Part shown: positions 62,209-64,000 of the stretch, piece by piece
Numbering within the stretch: position 1 is the first letter of the stretch
Layout of the letters: each line of letters opens with the position of its first letter
DNA from: Eledone cirrhosa
Taxonomy: Eukaryota
Assembly (NCBI GenBank): GCA_964016885.1
Contig: OZ024741.1
Location: 209,932,001-209,996,000, forward strand
Direction: 5' to 3'
Length of the DNA: 64,000 bases
Notes under the pieces: generated by a model
Told to the model about the DNA's origin: nothing
The model's database searches: none
The model's input: the letters and a program-made list of their open reading frames with translations, nothing else
Made by a program: the position numbers and the translations under genes

Positions 62209-63455
62209 TTATATATTGGGTTTAAAGTTTTGGAAGGAGTGTCGGAAGCGGTGCTGGCACGACGCAAACACTTCCGATTTTTTATTAAGGAGGTTATGGT
62301 TTGAGAAGATTATAGTATGGGTCTCTAGTAGACAGAGGTTATAGAATTTATTAGGTGGTTTGTACGATGCCGCCTTACCTATCACTTCCCATTGAAGTGT
62401 ATAAGATCTATTTCTAGTTTTTAGATAGTGTATGTAGCTAGATAGTGAAGTGGAGACTAGACTGTGTTTTTTGAAAGAATGGAGGTGTGAATTGTATCTG
62501 GTTTTGAAGCAGTTCGAAGTAGAGCCTATATAGGTTTCAGAAGAGTTGCTAGTTCTGATGGTCCATGAGTATATGATGTCCTTGATTAAGCAGTTTTTAT
62601 CTAAAGGGCAGGTTCTATTAGATCTACAGTTACAATTATTTTGGATGTTAACCTGCCGGTTATTATGTTGTGTAAAAGTCTGGTTGCTAGGTATTGCATT
62701 ATGGCTATGGGGGTAGTCGCTCCTAGCGTTATTGCTTTCACTAGTGCTATTACTATTATTACTATTGATATTAGAGTTTGCAGGTATTACGTTGTTTTGA
62801 AGGTTTACCCCCTGCTGTGTTTTAGTTTGTTGGAAGTAAGTATTAATTTTTCTTTTATTGCTACTAGCTATGTGGTATGCTATGTTAGGCGTGGTAGAGT
62901 AGGAGATTTTAATGGTGTTTTTATTTATAAGACTATGGTACTTGTGGCCAGATGGGAAGTTTTTATCAAGGAGTGAGAAGAAAGACTTAGGTAGGTTGGT
63001 AGAGACGTTTAGATTGAAAGGGGGTGTGTGTGTGTGTGTGAACATGTATTATTTCTTCTTCTATTTTGGTTTTTTATGTCTGGTGAGATGCTTCCGTTTA
63101 TGGTATTTTGGTGTCCTCCCTGGTGTGGGTTACGTTTGTTGCCACCCTTCGTGTATGTGGTTATTATTCTTATTACTATTTTTCCTCATGGACATATTGT
63201 GCGAAATAATGTTGTAACTATGTGTTTTTATAGGTAGGAACTCGATCTCATTATTACGGCCTGATCTAGCTAATGCCTGATTATAGTATTGTGAGTTTTT
63301 GCTAAATACGGTTTCGTCATAAGATAGATTAGAGATTCTATTGGATATTCCTTTAGAGATAGAGGTTAATATTGATCTAGGGTGGTTAGACTTGGTATCT
63401 ACGTAAATATGTTTTTCGTTAGGTTTATGGAATGGTGTATATATCTTAGAGTCTA
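62209..63455 (-). pseudogene. 5'-truncated Naiad-type PLE thumb/linker/GIY-YIG, disrupted
   Basis: YTPFHKPN...SNHPRSIL...SGR; PPFNLNV; IKISYS; CNCRSNRTCPL; IIY..YIGST..FKTRYNSH; LLNKKSE..CQH. Confidence 0.87.
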
Positions 63456-64000
63456 CACACAAAATCACAAACACACACCACACACAAACACACGCATACA
63501 CACACGCACGGGCACACACAGCACACATAATTACACACAAGCACATGCACACACAAACACACACACAAACACACACACGCACACACACACACACAAAAGC
63601 ACAAACACACAGCACACATAAACACACACACGCACGTGCACATACAAACACACAAATACCACCCACATACACGCACCACACACACACACAAAAGCACAAA
63701 CGCACAGCATACACAAATACACACACACAAGTACAAACACTCACCACACACAAACACATACAAACACACACACACAAGCACAGCGTACACACACACTCAT
63801 ACAAACCCACACAAACACACACACAAACACACACAAGCACATTCAAACAGGCACACAAAAATACGCGCACACATAAACACATACACACACACGCACACAC
63901 ACACACAAACACACAGCATACACACAAACACACACAAACACAGCGCACACACACACTCATACAAATATGCACATACATACACACACACACACACAAACAC
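63456..64000. repeat. Degenerate (CA)n-rich tract
   Basis: Directly visible. Confidence 0.9.

Overview
Eukaryotic, gene-poor, repeat-saturated DNA. The tRNA-SINE types, RTE/CR1/Penelope content and extreme (TA)n/(CA)n density resemble an octopus/cephalopod genome (inference). No host protein-coding exon could be supported; nearly all listed ORFs are microsatellite or satellite artefacts. Real content: a ~14.4 kb CACAATAC/CACCACAATAC satellite (3.8-18.2 kb); decayed LINEs (three RTE, one CR1-type, one CRE-type with a PHD finger); four Naiad-type Penelope-like (PLE) RT/GIY-YIG remnants; a non-autonomous Helitron; a MITE; tRNA-SINEs; and a 73-bp minisatellite. The most striking signal is about 25 type-I hammerhead ribozyme (HHR)-like motifs found by eye, roughly 15 with intact cores. 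They lie in PLE termini and in several non-coding 430-690 bp repeat families inserted in (TA)n. One family forms a head-to-tail 466-bp array with one HHR per unit and shows stem covariation between copies (a retrozyme-like system, probably PLE-mobilised). Many insertions share a 'sense tract + inverted arm' fold-back architecture with reproducible endpoints. Structures and boundaries were read manually and are approximate.
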